This document shows, piece by piece, positions 59,529 to 64,000 of a stretch of 64,000 nucleotides of DNA. The notes under the pieces were generated by a model. That model searched no databases. It saw only the letters and a list, made by a program, of their open reading frames with translations, and had not been told where the DNA came from. The number at the start of each line of letters is the position of its first letter. Position 1 is the stretch's first letter. Source of the DNA: Chloroflexota bacterium (GTDB lineage: Bacteria; Chloroflexota; Anaerolineae; Anaerolineales; UBA11579); NCBI GenBank assembly GCA_019456165.1, contig VRUJ01000020.1, positions 1,703 through 65,702 on the forward strand, given 5' to 3'. Both the position numbers and the translations under genes were made by a program.

Positions 59529-60263
59529 TTATTCTGTGCGGACTTTATTCTCTAGAGTCCGGCTGAGGATTTCTTCCCTCTCTTTATTCAGTTTTCCTGT
59601 TCCGGCTTCAGGCTCGGTTTCGCTAACGGCTTTAGCCTCTTTATCATCTCCCTCCATAGCTTTTCGCAAGGCTAATTCCATGGCGGTAGGAACTTCTTCC
59701 TCTTCTTCCTCATCATCTTCTTCTTCGAAAACGAATTTCGCAGGATCATCTTTCAATGCTTTCAGACTCAACTTGATTTGTTTTTTACGTCGGTCAAAAT
59801 CCAAAACTTTGGCTTCGACCTCATCCCCAACTTTTACGGCATCCTCAACAGATTTAATGTAATCATGAGTGAGTTCGCTGATATGCACCAAACCAGGTCG
59901 CTCGGCACCCACTTCGATGAAGGCTCCAAATTTTTCTAACCTGGTAACACTGCCCTTCAGGTTCATCCCCTTTTTTATATCCCCCCACTCCAACCCCACA
60001 GGTTCGATCATGGTTAGTTCGACATAACCCCTTTTTTTATTCACGCTGCGAACCCAAACATCCAGTTCGTCACCAATCTTTAGCATATCTTCAACCCGCT
60101 TGACCGGGTCTTTTTGCAGTTGAGAAATGTGTACTACACCAGGTTTAGTCAAACCAATATCTACAATCGCACCAGCAAGTGTTATTTTTAGGACTCGACC
60201 TTTAAAAAGTGTTTTCCTTTTAATATCTTTCAAGCCCTGGGTAGTTTTCGCACTTTCACCCAT
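59529..60263 (-). CDS. S1 RNA-binding domain protein (two S1 domains, acidic C-terminal tail)
   Basis: Start set at ATG 60263, with GGAGAG 6 nt upstream. Two FKGRV..I...GA.VDIG....G.VHISQL-type S1 motifs. The longer track ORF is rejected (see notes). Confidence 0.85.
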   Translation of the reverse strand: MGESAKTTQGLKDIKRKTLFKGRVLKITLAGAIVDIGLTKPGVVHISQLQKDPVKRVEDMLKIGDELDVWVRSVNKKRGYVELTMIEPVGLEWGDIKKGMNLKGSVTRLEKFGAFIEVGAERPGLVHISELTHDYIKSVEDAVKVGDEVEAKVLDFDRRKKQIKLSLKALKDDPAKFVFEEEDDEEEEEEVPTAMELALRKAMEGDDKEAKAVSETEPEAGTGKLNKEREEILSRTLENKVRTE

Positions 60264-60312
60264 AATTAACTCTCCAAATCTTTTATTTGTAACCATTTTC
60301 ACGCAAGAGTAT

Positions 60313-60341
60313 ATTTTATCAGAATGTATCCAGGTTGTAAA
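60313..60341 (-). promoter_or_regulatory. Candidate promoter of the S1-domain gene (-35 TTTACA, -10 TAAAAT)
   Basis: On the minus strand, TTTACA (60341-60336), a 17-nt spacer, and TAAAAT (60318-60313). Confidence 0.45.
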
Positions 60342-60346
60342 GCCAT

Positions 60347-60391
60347 CTGTTAGCCCTGTTAGCCCTGTTAGCCCTGTTAGCCCTGTTAGCC
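60347..60391. repeat. Perfect tandem repeat, 5 x 9 bp (CTGTTAGCC)
   Basis: Read directly. It begins 5 nt upstream of the candidate -35 of the S1-domain gene. Confidence 0.95.
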
Positions 60392-60524
60392 CAAAGTAAA
60401 TTTTATTATGAACCCTGCTGCTGGTTTCTATCTTCACCCTAAGGAAAATGTCCGATCCCACTCTACTCTCCAATCCCTGATAAAAAGTTGTTTATTCAAT
60501 TATTACAAATACCTCATCGGTTCA

Positions 60525-61517
60525 TTATTGGGAAAGCCCCTTCATTGCGAGGGTAGCCGCGCCATACAACCCCAGATTAGGATTGGTGATCACATACACG
60601 GGAATTTTTGAGAGCATATCACTATAACGCCCTTTGTTTGTAAAAGACTGTAAAAAAATATTTTCTGAAAACTTTGACAGGATACGCGGAGGAATCCCCC
60701 CACCAATATAAACTCCTCCAGTAGCCAACACTTTTAAAGCCAGATTTCCCGCCTCAGCTCCCAATATAGACACGAATAAATCCAATGTTGCTCGGCAAAG
60801 CTCACAGTCTACATCTTCATCGAGCGCGGCATCAATAATTACCGGGGTCGCATCATCGCTGTCTAATAAACGTTCCGCCAACCAGGTTGGTTCCTGAAGT
60901 TTCTTTTGGTTTTTGAGAAAGTTAAAAATATTCATGATCCCTAAACCTGAACAGACGCTCTCATAGCTGACATGATCGAAACGCTCAAGAAGATACGCTA
61001 ATAATTCTATTTCAAGCGCATTTGTTGGAGCAAAACTAACATCACTACCTTCGGACGGAATTGCTAAATATTCATCCTCCTGCCATACCAAAAAGGCTTC
61101 ACCTAACCCGGTACCTGGTGCAATGACGGCAATCGCACCCTGCTTTATTGGCTGCCCTTTATTCAGTGTGAATATATCTTCAGGTTCTAACTCAGGTATG
61201 AACGTAGCTGTCGCGGCTAAATCGTTAAGCAAATCTACTGGTATGCCCCCCAAGTGATCGACGAGAGATTCTTGATTTATTCTCCAACCCAGGTTCATAA
61301 GTAGAACCTGCCCATCCAGCACAGGTCCAGCCACCCCAAATGAGGCTCGTTCTAAGCGCACATCTTTTCCATCTAAAAACACCTCGATCATTGACTCTAG
61401 CGAATCGGAAGCTGCGCTTGAGAGAGTCATGGTCTCTTTGGGGAATCGCGGTCCGTTGTCCGGGTCGAATAGAGCCAGGATTGTTTTCGTTGCACCTATA
61501 TCACCTGCCAAAATCAA
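60525..61517 (-). CDS. glk: Glucokinase (Glk family)
   Basis: 330 aa, TTG start 6 nt after GGAG. N-terminal LAGDIGATKT ATP-binding loop, with Glk-like length and layout. Confidence 0.8.
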   Translation of the reverse strand: MILAGDIGATKTILALFDPDNGPRFPKETMTLSSAASDSLESMIEVFLDGKDVRLERASFGVAGPVLDGQVLLMNLGWRINQESLVDHLGGIPVDLLNDLAATATFIPELEPEDIFTLNKGQPIKQGAIAVIAPGTGLGEAFLVWQEDEYLAIPSEGSDVSFAPTNALEIELLAYLLERFDHVSYESVCSGLGIMNIFNFLKNQKKLQEPTWLAERLLDSDDATPVIIDAALDEDVDCELCRATLDLFVSILGAEAGNLALKVLATGGVYIGGGIPPRILSKFSENIFLQSFTNKGRYSDMLSKIPVYVITNPNLGLYGAATLAMKGLSQ

Positions 61518-61545
61518 TTCTCACTCCAATTGCTAAATAATCAGT

Positions 61546-62532
61546 TCAACCAACAAGAGATTGTACTCCCGCATCTACGTCCTTGATGAATCTGATTAAA
61601 CCTTGGAAATAGATTTGCTGGTCGTCGTACATCGCTAAATGGCTGCCCTTTGGGCAATGCAAATATCGGCTATTTTGCAACTCCCCAGCCATCCATTGCA
61701 TATGTTCAGGGTCCATCGTATCGAATTGCGCACCAATTACCAGACTTGGTACTTCGATTTTCGAAAGGTCGCCCGTACGGTCCCAATCTACGAGTTTGCC
61801 GCTAGCGCCAAGCTCGGATGGTCCTTGCATAGGCACATAGATATCTGCATTGAGGTTATCGAAACCCCGGTTAACTGGATCGGGCCAGACTTCAGCCGGC
61901 ATTCGCAGTACGTGGTTCACGTAGTGATGCTCTATGAGTAGTTCCATATAGCGCGGGTTTTCGTAATCCTCAGCCGCTTCATAATCCTGGATCTCCGCTA
62001 AGGCAAGTGGATCAATGCCGGGCATCAGCACATTGTGGGCGTATTCGTTGTATTTTGGGATGCTGGCCATCATGTTGGAGATAATCAGACCCTTGAGGTG
62101 TTGTTGATACTTCAAGGCATACTCGATAGCTAAGATACCACCCCAAGAATGACCGTACAGATAGAAGTTTTCCTGATCCATCTTTAACGCCTTGCGTACT
62201 TGCTCCACCTCTTCAACAAAGCGAGGCAACACCCATAACTCTGGTTCGTTCGGCTGGTCACTGTAATGGGAGCCGAGTTGATCATAGTAGTAATACTCGA
62301 TGCCAGCGGCAGGAAAGTGGCTGTCGAATGCCTCTAGATACTCGTGGGTTGCACCTGGTCCGCCGTGTAGTAGCAGCACCTTCATTGGAGGGTGATTGCC
62401 TATCCGCTTGGTCCATATACGGAAAATTCCCTTCGGCGTCTTAATAGGGATCATGCGTACACCCCCACTCAGCTGGTCGTTGCGGCCCTTGTAATCTAAG
62501 TAATCGGCTGGAATACCATGTCTTTTCTGCAT
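61546..62532 (-). CDS. Proline iminopeptidase-type alpha/beta hydrolase
   Basis: LLLHGGPGATHEY oxyanion region and GHSWGG nucleophile elbow. The start is ambiguous; an internal Met at MIPIKTP is possible. Confidence 0.85.
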   Translation of the reverse strand: MQKRHGIPADYLDYKGRNDQLSGGVRMIPIKTPKGIFRIWTKRIGNHPPMKVLLLHGGPGATHEYLEAFDSHFPAAGIEYYYYDQLGSHYSDQPNEPELWVLPRFVEEVEQVRKALKMDQENFYLYGHSWGGILAIEYALKYQQHLKGLIISNMMASIPKYNEYAHNVLMPGIDPLALAEIQDYEAAEDYENPRYMELLIEHHYVNHVLRMPAEVWPDPVNRGFDNLNADIYVPMQGPSELGASGKLVDWDRTGDLSKIEVPSLVIGAQFDTMDPEHMQWMAGELQNSRYLHCPKGSHLAMYDDQQIYFQGLIRFIKDVDAGVQSLVG

Positions 62533-62806
62533 GTAACCTCCATAATAAATTGAGATTTATGAAACTTGCCAATAGGGTAAGATGCCGCCTAAAGGTTTTA
62601 TAACCTGAATTCCACGTCAACATAAAATTATCTACATTCTTTTCAACTGGCGAAGAATTTTGAGGAAACTTCCAATAGTATAGCATTTTCGGCACCACAT
62701 TGCCATGAATTTTATGAATAATTCTTGTGAAGCAGAATATTGGGTAAGGTAAACAGACCTCATAAAACACACTGAAGCCAACACCGGAATATTCGACACT
62801 GTTTTC

Positions 62807-62950
62807 TTAGGACAAGCAATTTTCATACACATCTTTATACGGATATTTTGCTGAAAGTTTCATAACCACATATCTTGCCGTTCTGATAATCTTCCCAGCA
62901 AGAAAAACATACTTCAAACGGAATGTCTTGATTTGCTGTCTGTATTCTGA
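62807..62950 (-). pseudogene. C-terminal remnant of a DDE transposase (IS1380/IS4-like tail)
   Basis: The minus-strand frame reads ...SEYRQQIKTFRLKYVFLAGKIIRTARYVVMKLSAKYPYKDVYENCLS*. This resembles the conserved C-terminal helix of IS1380-type transposases. No upstream catalytic part is present. Confidence 0.4.
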
Positions 62951-62985
62951 AATGCATAGAGAATCAGGGAGCTGATTGGGAAGAT

Positions 62986-63846
62986 TTGGACATTGTGGTA
63001 AATGCAGGGGAAATAGTACAAATGCCGCCCCCAGATGATGATCTGGAGGTAATCTGGCGTCATGAGGTTTCCCGATTGCTATATGACCCTTATGCTATTG
63101 AAGAAAACCGGTGGATATTGGTGTGGCATGAATATTTAACATTTTTCAATGAACAAAGCGGTCAAGCAGAACGTATGCTCGAACACAGCTGGATATCTTT
63201 GAAATCCGCCCGCTCCCCTGAAGGCCCTTGGTCTGCAACACGCCGGTTATTCACTGGCTCAATCTACAGTGACGAAAACGACGAGAAACCTCCTGGACGT
63301 CCAGAATATCCACTTCATCAGGTATTCCCCAATTCCAATGAATTGGGGAATTGTATGGTTTATACCGAACCAGGCTTGCTGGCCAGGGAAGAAGGCATAT
63401 ACGTGAGTATGAAATGCTTTGATGGCCCGAACAGCGGTAAGGTAGTCCTCTTAAAGTGCCAACATGATTTTGGAAGTTGTCAATATCTTGGAGACTTGAT
63501 CAACGATTCTGAGGCCCATGAATATGGAGAAATCTACAGCGGTTTTTCTGCGACAGAACTATTTGCAAAAAATGAGTTTATATACCTGATCACCACCCCA
63601 ACAACCAGTCTGATTTTCCCTTACCGGGGTTGTTTGATTTTTCGCTTCGATAATCTTGCAAGCGCCAGCCTCGAAAGTTCAGCTGGTGTCCCAATTGTAT
63701 TCTTCTCGGTATTCGGAGAAGAGCAAAGCTTCAATGGAGCGTGTGGGTATTCTCCGGGCAGCACACACAGTGGTGTGATTTACAGCCAACTCAGCATCGA
63801 CCCAAGGATTGAGTTCCGCTTGTTTGCCAGTGGTCTGAACCCATAA
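62986..63846 (+). CDS. Hypothetical protein, possibly 5'-truncated
   Basis: 286-aa ORF with only a TTG start and no RBS, immediately next to the transposase remnant. No recognisable motif. Confidence 0.45.
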   Translation: MDIVVNAGEIVQMPPPDDDLEVIWRHEVSRLLYDPYAIEENRWILVWHEYLTFFNEQSGQAERMLEHSWISLKSARSPEGPWSATRRLFTGSIYSDENDEKPPGRPEYPLHQVFPNSNELGNCMVYTEPGLLAREEGIYVSMKCFDGPNSGKVVLLKCQHDFGSCQYLGDLINDSEAHEYGEIYSGFSATELFAKNEFIYLITTPTTSLIFPYRGCLIFRFDNLASASLESSAGVPIVFFSVFGEEQSFNGACGYSPGSTHSGVIYSQLSIDPRIEFRLFASGLNP

Positions 63847-63929
63847 CATATTGGATCCATATAATAATATTCTAAATAGAAAATTTGTGCATTTTCCCAC
63901 TTAAATCAACTTCCCTTTAGTTAAAGAAA

Positions 63930-63972
63930 ACTTGCGAAGGTCGCAGTTTTTATAGCATACACCTTCGCAAGT
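63930..63972. repeat. Inverted repeat ACTTGCGAAGGT / ACCTTCGCAAGT (12-bp stem, 19-nt loop)
   Basis: Read directly. It shares the CTTGCGAAGG core with the hairpins at 36075-36166. Confidence 0.75.
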
Positions 63973-64000
63973 CTCAGGTTAAACGCTTACATTTGTAATG

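Noticed and set aside
59470-59862. 130-aa plus-strand ORF with a poly-Ser run.
   Set aside because: It is antisense to the acidic tail of the S1-domain gene, so the poly-Ser is the mirror of poly-Glu (GAA/GAG) codons. It also spans the terminator hairpin at 59479-59509.
60347-60391. The tandem repeat could be a CRISPR array.
   Set aside because: The units are 9 bp and directly abutting, with no spacers. No cas genes or repeat-spacer periodicity occur anywhere in the window.
60264-60473. N-terminal extension of the S1-domain ORF containing a (GLT)4-5 repeat.
   Set aside because: The extension consists of the 9-bp tandem DNA repeat and promoter-like sequence. A good RBS (GGAGAG, 6-nt spacing) precedes the internal ATG at 60263, and the S1 domains begin just after it.

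Overview
This 64-kb window looks like bacterial chromosome, dominated by housekeeping genes. They include mutS, apgM, alaS-ruvX-mltG, a CBS/CGL transsulfuration pair, recA, an mtnA-kinase-ahcY SAM-recycling operon, eno, pyrG, pth-mfd and glk. Many secreted or lipoprotein genes with Pro/Thr-rich linkers are interspersed. I guess a Chloroflexota (Anaerolineae-like) organism from gene content, Gram-positive-type LexA boxes and PT-linker lipoproteins; this is inference with low certainty. I call about 54 CDS or pseudogenes and saw no rRNA, tRNA or CRISPR array. All product calls come from motifs read by eye in the supplied translations; no database search was run, and start codons are often uncertain by tens of nt.

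Observations worth a second look:
1. A low-GC three-gene islet (29.1-31.4 kb) holds a PD-(D/E)xK nuclease, a 94-aa protein and a broken HEPN-like gene. It sits behind an unpaired ABC exporter and is bordered by four DnaA-box-like repeats.
2. A family of about 46-nt units, seen at 26.5 kb and 40.3 kb, has conserved end boxes and four different but always self-complementary cores. The units are arranged as inverted doublets (REPIN-like).
3. A perfect LexA box is embedded in the promoter of an uncharacterised 4-TM membrane protein (58.6 kb), with the same layout as the recA promoter.
4. A ParB/Srx-fold gene is coupled to cystathionine beta-synthase and could be a SerK-like serine kinase.
5. About 1.1 kb of coding sequence (20.0-21.1 kb) is C-depleted and uses AGR arginine codons.
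6. An ECF sigma factor is coupled to an Ogt that carries an extra N-terminal domain.
7. Two FHA paralogues flank a PAS-GGDEF-EAL gene.
8. An amidase carries a dead duplicate catalytic domain.
9. A STAND ATPase is split from its TPR part.
10. A 5 x 9-bp tandem repeat abuts a promoter -35 element.
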